The notes below the pieces were generated by a model, which saw only the letters and a program-made list of their open reading frames with translations, made no database searches and was not told the DNA's origin. From the NCBI GenBank assembly GCA_963664435.2, contig CAXXKM010000002.1, positions 864,001-928,000 of the forward strand: a stretch of DNA of 64,000 nt. The letters run 5' to 3'. This document shows, piece by piece, positions 19,433 to 29,229 of this stretch; position 1 is the stretch's first letter, and the number at the start of each line of letters is the position of its first letter. The stretch is from Longimicrobiales bacterium. GTDB lineage: Bacteria; Gemmatimonadota; Gemmatimonadetes; Longimicrobiales; Gaopeijiaceae. Both the position numbers and the translations under genes were made by a program.

Positions 19433-20279
19433 GTCCGCCCCTGCCTGTGTTCGTCTGTCATTTCTTCGCGACGCTAATTTTGTCAGGTGTCAACCCCTAA
19501 AACCTATGCCCGAACGCATCCCGAAGCAAGGCCAACGCCGCCGCCTTGACCGACGTGCAACCGCGCGCCTATCTTCCGGTCGGTTGCTTCTTGCGTGGAA
19601 GCCCATGTCGGGCTTCCTGCTGAATACAAAAGCTGCTGTGTGGACGGAGGGTAGCTCCCCGAGTCCCCGGCGAATGGGCAGGATCTTTCCGTGGTAATTC
19701 TTCCATGCGAGAGGCAGCCAAGGGCCCGGCTCCCGTTGAGTCGAAGCGGCCAGGAGAGAGTTTGCCACGGCGAGCTCCAGCGGCGAATGTTGCCTTGGTC
19801 GGTCTCTTTTTGACCTCATGTGTCCTTGGAAGCCTTTGGGATGCCGGTTGGTCAGGCAAAGCCAGGCAATCCGCGAGCTGGGTCAGCCAACTGTCATGCG
19901 GTGGGACCGTCTGTAGCGTGTCTACCAGGTACGTGATCTCGCGGGACCGGAAGTCCGTCCCGGACTCGCGCCAGTGAGGCAGGCTCTCGATGATGTCGCG
20001 CTCCACGCTTCGTTGCTCGTCGGCGACGTAGTCCGTAGAGCGGAGCGCCCTCTGGTCCACCAGGGCCGATCTCCTCCAGCCACCGGTCGATTCGCTCCAC
20101 CCCTACTCGGACCGCATCCCGCTTGCGCCCCTCCCGCACGTCGTTCAGTCTCACCGTATCCGTGTTGAGCCAGCCATCGCTGGTGGTCACGTGCCTACGG
20201 CTTTGCTCAACCCGCGCCGAAGCTGCAAAGCGTCTACAGAAGCACTACCCGCCCCTCAGCCCACCGCGAGGTACCCGCC

Positions 20280-22880
20280 ATGACGACCCGACGAACCCGC
20301 CGACTCGTCCCCCCCACCCCCCTCCTCACCCTCGCCATCGCCGCCGCGACCGCGTTTGCCACGGCGGCCTTGACCACCCCGTCCCCCGCAACCGCCCAGG
20401 ACCTCCCCACCATCGAAGCCCACACCGAGGGCGCGACAGCCATGGAGGGCTTCTTCAACCTCTACTGGGACGACGACACCGGCGCCCTCTTCTGGGAGAT
20501 CGCCGAGCTGGACACCGAGTTCCTCTACCAGATCTCGATGGGATCGGGCCTCGGGAGCAATCCCGTGGGGATCGACCGGGGGCAGCTGCGCGGGACGCAC
20601 GTCTTCGAGGCGCGGCGCATCGGGCCGCGGGTGCTGCTCGTCGAGCCCAACTACGAGTTCCGGGCCATCACCGACAACACCGCCGAGGCGCGGGCCGTGC
20701 GCGACGCCTTCGCGCCGTCGGTGCACTGGGGGTTCGACATCGTGGCGCGCACCGGGGATCGCGTGCTGGTGGACGCCACCGAGTTCTTCATGCGCGACGC
20801 GCGCGGGGTCGTGAACCAGATCGCGCAGCGGGGGCAGGGGCAGTTCGAGCTCGACGCGTCCCGCAGCGCCATCTATCTGCCCAACACCAAGTCCTTTCCG
20901 GAGAACACCGAGGTCGAGGCGATGCTCACGTTTACGAGCGACCGCCCCGGCAACCTGGTCAGCGGCGTCGCGGCCACGGGGAGCACCTTCACGGTCCGGC
21001 AGCACCATTCCTTCATCCAGTTGCCCGGTCCCGGTTACGAACCGCGGGTCGCCGATCCGCGCATTGGGGTGAACGGGCCGACCGTGCGCGACTACGCGAG
21101 TCCCATCGACGAGGACATGCGCATCCGCTGGGTGGCCCGCCATCGCCTGCAGAAGGCCGACCCGGACGCGGAGCGCTCCGAGGCGGTCGAGCCCATCGTC
21201 TATTACGTGGATCCGGGGACGCCCGAGCCCGTGCGGAGCGCGCTCATCGAGGGAGCCGAGTGGTGGGCCGAGGCCTTCGAGGAGGCCGGCTTCATCGACG
21301 CCTACCGGGTCGAGGTGCTGCCCGAGGGGGTCGACGCGCAGGACATCCGCTACAACATGATCCACTGGACCCACCGGCGGACGCGCGGCTACTCATACGG
21401 CAACTCGGTGATCGATCCGCGCACCGGCGAAATCGTGCGCGGGGTGGTGAACCTGGGGAGCCTGCGGCTGCGCCAGGACTACCTGCACGGGCAGGGGATG
21501 GTGCCGCCGTTCACGGGCGGGATCACCTCCGACGACGGGGGCGGCTACTTCGACATTCCCATGAGCGCCGAGGAGCGCGCCTACTGGGAGGCGTGCATGC
21601 TCGCGGGGGCGCCGGACTTCGAGTACCTGGCCCAGGTCGCCGGCAACTCCGACGCCGTCGAGATGGCGCTCGCGCGCGTCCGGCAGCTGTCCGCGCACGA
21701 GGTCGGGCACACGCTCGGCTTCCCGCACAACTATCTCGCCAGCACCTACGGCCGCGAGAGCGTCATGGACTATCCCGCGCCCCTGGCCACCATCGACGAC
21801 GACGGCAACATCGACCTCTCCGACGCCTACGTGCCGCGCATCGGCGAGTACGACAAGCTCTCCGTCAACTGGCTCTACCGGGAGTTCCCGGACGGGACCG
21901 ACGAGGCGGCCGCCCTTAACAGTATCGTCATGCAGGGCATCGACGACGGGCTCATCTTCATGGCGCACACCAACAACAACTTCATCGGGGCTGCGCATCC
22001 GGGGGCGAGCGTATGGGACAACGGGGCCAACCTGGTCGATCATCTGAAGCTCGAAATCGACGTGCGCGAGATCGGACTCGAGAAGTTCGGCACCGACGTA
22101 ATCCGCACCGGCGAGCCGCTCTCGGACCTCGAATACGTCCTGCTGCCGCTATACATGCACCATCGCTTCCAGCTGCGCTCCGCGGCGCAGACCCTCGGCG
22201 GCGCCGACTATCGCTACGCGCTCAAGGGAGATGGGCAGACGCCGTTCGCCATCATCCCGGCGGAGGAGCAGCGTGACGCGCTGGAGACGATTCTCTCGAC
22301 GCTGACGGTCGACTTCCTGACGCTGCCCGAGGACGTCGTGTCGATGCTCCCGCCCCCGGCCTACCGCCATGACGAGGGCGAGGCCTTCCCCGGCTACACC
22401 GGGCTGATCTTCGATCCGGTGGGCGCGGCGGAGGCTGCGGCCGACTTCGCGGTGGGTGAGGTCCTGCACCCCAACCGCATGGCCCGCCTGCTGGTGTTCG
22501 GCAGCATGGGCGACTACCCGGGCCTGGAGGAGGTCGCGGACCGGCTGATCGAGCACACCTGGGGCGCGGACGCGGCGGCGGACGCCTACCGGCAGCGCGT
22601 GCTGCACGCCATCCAGCGCTCGGTCGCCGACCGCATGATGCAGCAGGCCGCGCGTGACGGAAACGCGGCCGAGGTGCGCGCCGTGCTCGCCGACCGCCTG
22701 GAAGGGCTGGCCACGGACCTGGAGGCGATGTCGGACCCGTCGCCCCACCAGCGCCTCGTGGCCGCGGACATCCGCCGCTGGCAGCAGCGCATCGAGAACA
22801 CGGTCCCCGGCGGTGCGCTGGTGATGCCGCAGGGCGATCCGATCGGAGGCAGCAGCCGGGGAGGCGGGCCGCCGCGGTGA
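20280..22880 (+). CDS. Secreted zinc-dependent metalloprotease (DUF5117/DUF4953, EcxA-like)
   Basis: Signal peptide, PRVADPRIG, IVYYVDPGTP, HEVGHTLGFPHN zincin motif, SVMDY Met-turn. Confidence 0.92.
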   Translation: MTTRRTRRLVPPTPLLTLAIAAATAFATAALTTPSPATAQDLPTIEAHTEGATAMEGFFNLYWDDDTGALFWEIAELDTEFLYQISMGSGLGSNPVGIDRGQLRGTHVFEARRIGPRVLLVEPNYEFRAITDNTAEARAVRDAFAPSVHWGFDIVARTGDRVLVDATEFFMRDARGVVNQIAQRGQGQFELDASRSAIYLPNTKSFPENTEVEAMLTFTSDRPGNLVSGVAATGSTFTVRQHHSFIQLPGPGYEPRVADPRIGVNGPTVRDYASPIDEDMRIRWVARHRLQKADPDAERSEAVEPIVYYVDPGTPEPVRSALIEGAEWWAEAFEEAGFIDAYRVEVLPEGVDAQDIRYNMIHWTHRRTRGYSYGNSVIDPRTGEIVRGVVNLGSLRLRQDYLHGQGMVPPFTGGITSDDGGGYFDIPMSAEERAYWEACMLAGAPDFEYLAQVAGNSDAVEMALARVRQLSAHEVGHTLGFPHNYLASTYGRESVMDYPAPLATIDDDGNIDLSDAYVPRIGEYDKLSVNWLYREFPDGTDEAAALNSIVMQGIDDGLIFMAHTNNNFIGAAHPGASVWDNGANLVDHLKLEIDVREIGLEKFGTDVIRTGEPLSDLEYVLLPLYMHHRFQLRSAAQTLGGADYRYALKGDGQTPFAIIPAEEQRDALETILSTLTVDFLTLPEDVVSMLPPPAYRHDEGEAFPGYTGLIFDPVGAAEAAADFAVGEVLHPNRMARLLVFGSMGDYPGLEEVADRLIEHTWGADAAADAYRQRVLHAIQRSVADRMMQQAARDGNAAEVRAVLADRLEGLATDLEAMSDPSPHQRLVAADIRRWQQRIENTVPGGALVMPQGDPIGGSSRGGGPPR

Positions 22881-22958
22881 GGGGGCCGCGAAGGGCAGAG
22901 GTGTTGAGCACGCATTACAAGATGTTGATGCCAACATTACAAACAGTCGAACCTCGCC

Positions 22959-23681
22959 ATGCCCGGTAGCGACACGGTGGTTGATCGAGCCCCCTCTTGG
23001 GACGCGCACATTCGTGCGATGAAACGCGAGTGGGGTGAGATCTCGGTGCGCCGGACCGGAGCTCTCCTGGCCGGCTGGCATGAGGCCATGTCCGACATGC
23101 AGGCGCAGCAGGACCGTCTGGTTTCCGACGGGCTGTGGGTGACCGGTCCATCGGACTTCCTCGACATCATCGGTCTCGCCCGTCACGAGAACACCCATTC
23201 GCGTATGCTCGAGTGGCTCTTGAAGCCGACAGGCCGACACGGGCTCGGTTGCGGGCTTGTCCGGCAACTGGTGGAACGTTGCACCGGAGTGCCGGTGTCG
23301 GAACCCGTGTCAGTCCGGAAGGTGGCGTTCTCGGTCTGGCGGAACGACAGGGAGGCCGACCTCGTCGTATGGGGCGAGAACTTCACTCTCGTCATCGAGA
23401 ACAAGGTCGACGCGTTGGAGCAACCCGACCAGTGCGATGACTTGTACCAGAACTTCAAGAACGAGAACGCGCCGCTGTTCCTGTTCGTGACCCCGGACGG
23501 CCGCAGGCCCGACACGGTGGCCACGCCGGACGCGCAGCTCGCCTTCCAGGCTCTCTCCTGGCGGGAGGTCCGCGTGATGTTGGAGGCGGCGTTGAACGAG
23601 TCACAGCCTCCGACCGGCGTTGCCGACGCCGTTGATGTCGTCAGGAATTACCTGCGGACGCTCAGGGAGCAGTTTGGATGA
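22959..23681 (+). CDS. PD-(D/E)XK nuclease family protein (PDDEXK_4-like)
   Basis: ENTHSRMLEWLL.P...HGLG, ADLVV...VIENKV.A.EQ..Q. Confidence 0.8.
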   Translation: MPGSDTVVDRAPSWDAHIRAMKREWGEISVRRTGALLAGWHEAMSDMQAQQDRLVSDGLWVTGPSDFLDIIGLARHENTHSRMLEWLLKPTGRHGLGCGLVRQLVERCTGVPVSEPVSVRKVAFSVWRNDREADLVVWGENFTLVIENKVDALEQPDQCDDLYQNFKNENAPLFLFVTPDGRRPDTVATPDAQLAFQALSWREVRVMLEAALNESQPPTGVADAVDVVRNYLRTLREQFG

Positions 23682-24223
23682 ATCGGATTGAAGACGAACG
23701 GATCAAGTTCTACCTGGAGCACGAGGCGCAGATCAGGGAATGGGCCGGTCTGCAAGCCGAAGTCTGCAGATTTGTGGATCAATTCTATCGCAGCCTCAAG
23801 GACGACGTCGACGCGGCTCTCAAGACCGGAGAGATTTCCGATGACGACGTCGAGTCGTTCCTGCATAAGGGAGACTGGCCAGGAGTGGGGCTGCGCCGGC
23901 AGGGTTGGCCCAAGGGCGATGGGGGTCCGGTGGTGAGATTGGAATGGTCACGCAAGTCAGCGTTCTTCCCTCCGCATGGATGGCTGATCTGCGGAGTGCA
24001 GACGAGCGTGAAACGCTACAAGCAGCCCTTTACCAAGGAGGCGCGTCCCGGCTATCCAAGCCGCAGCCCGGGGTGGCCGGCGTACAAGGCCGTGGAGCCT
24101 CCTGCTGGCAAGTTCTGGGAAGGTGACAACCTCAAGGAATACCGCGACCACCTCGTGGCGACCATCATTGAGGCTTGGAAGGATCTGGCTCCTTTGGTGG
24201 ACGAAGCAGTGAAAACCGAATGA
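23678..24223 (+). CDS. Hypothetical protein, translationally coupled to the nuclease
   Basis: ATGA overlaps on both sides; 181 aa. Confidence 0.65.
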   Translation: MNRIEDERIKFYLEHEAQIREWAGLQAEVCRFVDQFYRSLKDDVDAALKTGEISDDDVESFLHKGDWPGVGLRRQGWPKGDGGPVVRLEWSRKSAFFPPHGWLICGVQTSVKRYKQPFTKEARPGYPSRSPGWPAYKAVEPPAGKFWEGDNLKEYRDHLVATIIEAWKDLAPLVDEAVKTE

Positions 24224-24990
24224 CCCGCGATCTCTCCCTCCGCGGCATCCTCTCCGAATGGTTGCGGGAGGTGGTCGGCATCGAAGGCCGTCTTCCGCGC
24301 ACGCTGGGGAAGCTGTTCGCGCATCCGGGCTTTCTGACCCGGGCGACGCTGGAGGGAGAGCGTGACGCCTACCTGTCGGCGCTCAAGCTGTTTCTGGTGG
24401 CGAACCTGGTCATCTTCCTGGTGGGTCCGTACATCGGTGCCGTCGCTTTCGGTCTCGACGGGTATCTGGATGAGCGTACCGCCGGCTCTGTGTTCCTTCG
24501 CGCGTTCGTGGAGCGGGAGCTGCTCGACCTGGGGATGAGCGCGGAGATGTATGGGCTGCGCTTCGATTTCACGATCGCGCAACATGCACCCACCTTCTTC
24601 TTCCTGATGATCCCGGCTATCGCCAGCCTTACCAAGGCGTTGCTTCCCAGTCGGCTATTCGGAGAACACCTTGTCTACGCAACGGATTTTGTTGCGTGGG
24701 TCATTGTCATGATCCTCTTCGGCAACATCTTCATGCGCGTGATGGGGATCCCTCTGGACCCGCTCCTCGAGGACCCGATCGTGTCCCAGGTAGCCACGTT
24801 GGCGGTTGTGGCCGCGCTCATCGGGCTGACCGCATGGCACCTGAACCGGTCGCTACGAACCGTTTTCGGGCTCCGCGGCGCGGGGCTCTGGACGCGAACG
24901 GTGTTGATCGCCGCGAGCCTGGTCGGCTGGCTGTATGCCTACTCGTTCTTCCTGTTCTGGAGCACGGCTGTCGCGGTGCGTCTGAGCTGA
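24220..24990 (+). CDS. DUF3667-like membrane protein
   Basis: EGRLPRTLGKLFAHPGFLT...G.R..Y..ALKLFL, EHLVYA, several TM segments. Confidence 0.7.
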   Translation: MTRDLSLRGILSEWLREVVGIEGRLPRTLGKLFAHPGFLTRATLEGERDAYLSALKLFLVANLVIFLVGPYIGAVAFGLDGYLDERTAGSVFLRAFVERELLDLGMSAEMYGLRFDFTIAQHAPTFFFLMIPAIASLTKALLPSRLFGEHLVYATDFVAWVIVMILFGNIFMRVMGIPLDPLLEDPIVSQVATLAVVAALIGLTAWHLNRSLRTVFGLRGAGLWTRTVLIAASLVGWLYAYSFFLFWSTAVAVRLS

Positions 24991-25072
24991 TACCGCGGGG
25001 GGGCTGGCACTACGACGGTCGTGCGGGGTCCAAGGCGGGCTTGCACGGCCCGAATAGGAGGAAGGCAGACCT

Positions 25073-25435
25073 GTGGAAAGCGACCTGCGGAAACTGATCG
25101 ACGATCGCCTGTTCCGGAATTACCATCGAGAGTTCCTGAAGCCAAGGGAATTCAACACGTTCGATGTTCTCCGGTACGCGGATTACAGACAGAAGCCAAG
25201 CCAATACCCCATGAAGGACAGTAGTGACGGCTGGTGTCGGGTCTACGATCAGAAGCTCGTGTCCAACGACGAGCTTGCCGACATGTCTGGATCCGCAACC
25301 AAGGACCAAGTACTCCAGAGACTTACGGACTTCATGGAATCGGACGAGTCGGAGTACCGACGCATTGACAACTACTTCCAATGCCTTGCCTTCAGGCCCG
25401 ACGAGTCGGCATCCACGCAGAAGGATTCGCCATAG
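25073..25435 (+). pseudogene. Internally deleted PD-(D/E)XK nuclease-like gene
   Basis: N-terminus FNTFDVLRYADY is typical of PDDEXK_4 starts but the catalytic core is absent; RBS AGGAGG. Confidence 0.45.
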
Positions 25436-25507
25436 CTACGGCTGTTCCGCGTCCTTCCGAACCGGCTATCTGCGAAGTGTACAGCCTTCCGCCCCGAATA
25501 CCCCGGG

Positions 25508-25897
25508 CTAGCGCAAGGACTCCGCGGCGGCCCTCAGGGCGCGGTCGAATGTCTGGATGCGGGTGACGCCGCGGCGCTGACAGCTGGCGAGGTGGCACAG
25601 GTCGCGGGCGCCGAGCGCCGGGTGCCTGCCTGCGAGCTCGATGCCGAGCATCACGTCGTCGCGCTCCAGGGGCCACACCTCGGTCCGGGTCCGGTCGATG
25701 AGCAGCAGCGCAGCGCCGAGGGCCTGCGTCCGCTCAACGGGCAGATACGCGTGGGCCAGCTCCTGGAGCACTTCCGACGATGTTGCGAGCGGTTGCTGCT
25801 CCGTCGTTGCGGCGGCGAAGAAGCGCCGGGCGGCCGGACGTAGCGGGTGCTCTCTCCCCACCGCGTACATGAGGACGCTTGTGTCGACGAACACCAT
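25508..25897 (-). CDS. vapC: VapC-family PIN toxin
   Basis: MVFVDTSVLMYAVG..HP, EVLQE, ARDLCHLA, TFDR. Confidence 0.9.
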   Translation of the reverse strand: MVFVDTSVLMYAVGREHPLRPAARRFFAAATTEQQPLATSSEVLQELAHAYLPVERTQALGAALLLIDRTRTEVWPLERDDVMLGIELAGRHPALGARDLCHLASCQRRGVTRIQTFDRALRAAAESLR

Positions 25898-25908
25898 GGC
25901 TCGGAGGG

Positions 25909-26184
25909 TCAGGTCCCGGCTGCGCCCCGGCTCCGGGACGCGCGTATGACGTCGAGGTGCTGCTCCCAGTCGGGCTCGGGGCCGCAATCCATCTCCGCGT
26001 CGCGGTCCGCGAAGAACCGCCGCACGTCATCCTCCGTGCGAAACGATTCAGCGCCTGCGTGGTCGGCCAGGCGGTCGGCGGCGGCGGCGCGAAGCCACGC
26101 GCTCAACGAGAGGCCTTCGCGGCGGGCAGCCGCGGCGTAGCGGGTGCGGTCCGGCTCCGAAACGACCAGGTGGATGCGCGACAT
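25909..26184 (-). CDS. vapB: RHH-type antitoxin (VapB-like)
   Basis: MSRIHLVV...AAARREGLSLSAWLR, directly upstream of vapC; TGTGTA/TACACA inverted repeat at 26211-26235. Confidence 0.75.
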   Translation of the reverse strand: MSRIHLVVSEPDRTRYAAAARREGLSLSAWLRAAAADRLADHAGAESFRTEDDVRRFFADRDAEMDCGPEPDWEQHLDVIRASRSRGAAGT

Positions 26185-26287
26185 CGACTTTCGGGAATGG
26201 GTAACTGTCATGTGTAGACACATGCACAATACACACGACGGGTGCGTCCTGCAATATGGGCGACCGTGCCCAACCGCCTGGAGCTCG

Positions 26288-26683
26288 TCAGGTCTGACGC
26301 TTCTCCTCGGAAATCTGGATCAGGTTGCCGCATGAATCGTCGAAGACCGCGCAGATGACGCTCCCGAGGTCTGTTGGCGGCTGAACGAATCGCACGCCCT
26401 TTGCCACGAGACGCTCGTGCTCGGCTTCGATGTCATCGACCGCGAAGCTGGCACTGGGGATCCCGTCCTCGACAAGCGCAGTCCTGAATGGACGGACTGC
26501 GGGGTGGCCATCAGGCTCGAGCAGCAGCTCCGTCCCCTCCGGATCTTCCTCGGATACGACGGTGATCCAGGCGTGTTCTCCCAGAGGGATGTTGTGCTTT
26601 ACCCGAAAGCCGAGCGTTTCCGTGTAGAAGCGAAGTGCCTTCTGCTGGTCGTCGACGAAGACGCCGGTCAGGTGGATTCTCAT
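26288..26683 (-). CDS. VOC/glyoxalase family protein
   Basis: VFVDDQQKALRFYTETLGF, ELLLEP, FAVDD, AVFDDSCGNLIQI. Confidence 0.92.
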   Translation of the reverse strand: MRIHLTGVFVDDQQKALRFYTETLGFRVKHNIPLGEHAWITVVSEEDPEGTELLLEPDGHPAVRPFRTALVEDGIPSASFAVDDIEAEHERLVAKGVRFVQPPTDLGSVICAVFDDSCGNLIQISEEKRQT

Positions 26684-26991
26684 TTCTCGATGCCCTCATC
26701 CGTTGAGTGTGAAGTGTCCTCGTCCGCTGGGATCGGCCATCGCTCCCCGATCGCCTTCAGCGGGGCGCCATCGAACCAGTGGAGCTTGGACCGCCCCTCG
26801 CGCCTCGTGCGAATGAGCCCGGCGGCTTCCAGGACGTCCAGGTGTTGCGAGATCGCCTGCCGCGAGGAGTGGATGCCGTGTTTCATGATGAGGCGCGCAC
26901 AGAGTTCGAAGAGCGATTGCCCCGACCGATCGACGAGTTCGTCCAGGATGGTCCGCCTGGTTCGGTCAGCGATCGCGCGATAGATGTCCAC
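26680..26991 (-). CDS. ArsR/SmtB family transcriptional regulator
   Basis: YRAIADRTRRTILDEL...SRQAISQHLDVLEAAGLI..RREGR; ATGA overlap with the VOC gene. Confidence 0.88.
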   Translation of the reverse strand: MDIYRAIADRTRRTILDELVDRSGQSLFELCARLIMKHGIHSSRQAISQHLDVLEAAGLIRTRREGRSKLHWFDGAPLKAIGERWPIPADEDTSHSTDEGIEK

Positions 26992-27015
26992 ATGCAGTCT
27001 TAGGCGAGTGTTCGC

Positions 27016-27085
27016 TGCCGAGCGCCGGGTGCCTCTGCGATTTCGATGCCGAGGATCACGTCGTCGCACTCCAGAGGCCACACCT
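27016..27085 (-). repeat. Degenerate copy of part of vapC (matches 25609-25680)
   Basis: GCCGAGCGCCGGGTGCCT...TCGATGCCGAG.ATCACGTCGTCGC.CTCCAG.GGCCACACCT is present at both loci. Confidence 0.8.
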
Positions 27086-27100
27086 ACCGCCGCCGGCGCG

Positions 27101-27499
27101 CTAGTCGGCGATATCGGGTGCGATTACCCACTTGGCTTGCTTTGCGAGCCTGCGCCTGATCGAATTCGTCTTTTTCCCGAATACCCACACATGTCCGGGG
27201 TCCTCGGTTGGAGGTTGCGTCGCAACTCCGAGCCCCAGACCGCGCACGAAGCCCACGTTGAGCCCGGCCATCAGGTTGTCTCCGGTATTCGCCTCGATAG
27301 GAGAGGCGTAGCATTTCGCCCGGTGGGCCGACATCGGCGAACCATTACGGGAATCGCTGAACATCCCGCTTGCAGGCCTCCTTCGGCCCGTGACTCTGTC
27401 GCGGTGGACCATGTTTGAGGGGATTCGCCGCCAGATATCCTCTTCATCCTTTACGGACGGGTCGTCGGCGTACTCGGGCGTCTCATCGGGGAGACTCAA
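27101..27499 (-). CDS. Hypothetical protein, possible ADP-ribosyltransferase-like toxin
   Basis: WRRIP, F..S..MS, DPGH.WV.GKK pattern; third gene of the TIGR04255 operon. Confidence 0.55.
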   Translation of the reverse strand: MSLPDETPEYADDPSVKDEEDIWRRIPSNMVHRDRVTGRRRPASGMFSDSRNGSPMSAHRAKCYASPIEANTGDNLMAGLNVGFVRGLGLGVATQPPTEDPGHVWVFGKKTNSIRRRLAKQAKWVIAPDIAD

Positions 27500-27505
27500 C
27501 CGACG

Positions 27506-28009
27506 TCAGAACGGCTGCACGCCAGCAAGCAAGCTGACAAAGCGCTCGATGTCGCCAACCAGTTCGCGTTCTCCGGGAGACTCGTAGGCGAAAGAGAAGC
27601 CATCGGTGCCGTCCAGGTCCACGCTCAGTGCCCTGTCGGATTGCTCCCACTCCAGAAAAATGCCACCCGAAGACTCCGGGGAGACCGCGGGTCGAGAGAA
27701 GCCGAATCTGGCCATGATCTCTACGATGAGGATTGCCATGTCCACGATTTCCGTCCGCACTGGCCCACCACCGTACGAGTCCCAGTTGGGAGCGAGTTCC
27801 AGATATCTCTGCATCTCCTCCTCGACATCGGCAAGCCAAGGGACATTGTGCAAGCCTTCAGGAGCGGCGGAGCATCGAGGCGCAGTCAGGAACAAGTCGG
27901 GCGCCGACTGCTCGGCCAGCCGGATGCGTCTCGTGCTTGGCCTTCTGGAATCCGTCAAGCCCGCCCAGGTGTCGACCTGAGGGTCCCCAATAGATTGAAG
28001 AGTGTTCAC
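27506..28009 (-). CDS. Hypothetical protein with NWDSYG motif
   Basis: GTGA overlap with the upstream gene; LAPNWDSYGG.PV, P.VSP..SGGI.LEW. Confidence 0.65.
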   Translation of the reverse strand: MNTLQSIGDPQVDTWAGLTDSRRPSTRRIRLAEQSAPDLFLTAPRCSAAPEGLHNVPWLADVEEEMQRYLELAPNWDSYGGGPVRTEIVDMAILIVEIMARFGFSRPAVSPESSGGIFLEWEQSDRALSVDLDGTDGFSFAYESPGERELVGDIERFVSLLAGVQPF

Positions 28010-28812
28010 CGTTCTCGCTCCCAGTGTCGGTGCATTCTCGCCGAAGTCACATCCGCAAAACCTCGTACGATCCATTTACGGCCCAGATCCAACTGAGATT
28101 CCAGCGACCCCTTTGAACGTTGCCCAAGCCCACCCCGCGCCGTCAGCGTGAGCACAATGCCCGGCTTCCCAGACGGATCGAATCCGGGATCTACCACGAC
28201 GTGAAGGCGGGACAGGTGGCCCTCGCCGTCCGTTATCGGGTATCGAACCCGAAGCGCGATGTCCTCCGGTTCGGGCAGGAACGCACCCTGCTTGCTCCCA
28301 ACCAGCAAGGGCACAACTGCGCCAAGCTCACCGTGTCGGTGCCATCCGTCGCCAGCCGGGATATGGTTTACGTATGTCAGTTCCCACTGATTGAGTCTTG
28401 GCTCACCCAGTTGTTCGTCCGCGAGGAAGTTCCGGAAGAGGCCATAATTCTTCTCAAATGAGGCCTTCACATGCTCATACCTGGGGTAATCCTGGCCTTG
28501 GATGCTGCGCCAATTGAAGACGAACCTGTCCTGCTGGACCTGAATCAGGTGCGCTCCGTCGCTCCCGATGAACCACGCGCGAGGCGTTGGGACCGTCTCA
28601 AATTTGACGGTAATCCCTTCACTGGGAGCCGGCTTGGATCGCTCGAAGCGCGGGTCCAGGGCGGGATGTACTTCAAGTTTCGGAAACGACTCGCGGTATC
28701 GTCGCCACAACAGCCCCATGTGCGGACCGGTGAAGCCGCGGATCTCGCCGAACTGCGCTGCGATTGCTACTTCGGCCACCGGAGGCTTCTTGAACGAGGG
28801 TAGAGGGTTCAC
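28006..28812 (-). CDS. TIGR04255 family protein
   Basis: LPSFKKPPVAEV, R.WF...LIQVQQDRF.FNWR...YPRYE, ELTYVNHI, F..VTS..MH..W. Confidence 0.85.
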   Translation of the reverse strand: MNPLPSFKKPPVAEVAIAAQFGEIRGFTGPHMGLLWRRYRESFPKLEVHPALDPRFERSKPAPSEGITVKFETVPTPRAWFIGSDGAHLIQVQQDRFVFNWRSIQGQDYPRYEHVKASFEKNYGLFRNFLADEQLGEPRLNQWELTYVNHIPAGDGWHRHGELGAVVPLLVGSKQGAFLPEPEDIALRVRYPITDGEGHLSRLHVVVDPGFDPSGKPGIVLTLTARGGLGQRSKGSLESQLDLGRKWIVRGFADVTSARMHRHWERER

Positions 28813-29229
28813 ATAGTCTCCGCGTGTCGGCCGCTCCGTCTGTCCTCCCTGCTCGCGGGATCCAACGGCCTCAAGCTACGCTGACCAATGGAGATAGTCG
28901 TTGCTTGGGCACCTGGGGGTTGCCTGTCGGATTCCTCTTCCGGGGTCGAAGGCATCACACCGGTTACTACTTGAAGTACACGCGGGAGGGTTCCCCGACG
29001 CGCTTTCACGCCGAACCTCGGGGTGCCTTACGGCAACCCCATCGTGCGGCGAACGTGCTCACGTCATCGGCACCGTTCTTGACCAAACCGAGGGCGTGGA
29101 AATCGGACTGCTCCGGGCCCTCGGTAGTACCGTTCGCGCGGACGAGGATCAATGGCGGTCAGCATGAGGCGAATCTAGGGCGGCCCACCGAGGCTTTCAA
29201 GGCGCGGGACCGTCAACGCCGCCGCGACC

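Noticed and set aside
19569..20190. Two overlapping minus-strand ORFs (163 and 98 aa)
   Set aside because: No recognisable motif or clear RBS; may be real or remnant, but not supportable
28901..29167. Short ORF or possible toxin remnant
   Set aside because: No start context or diagnostic motif
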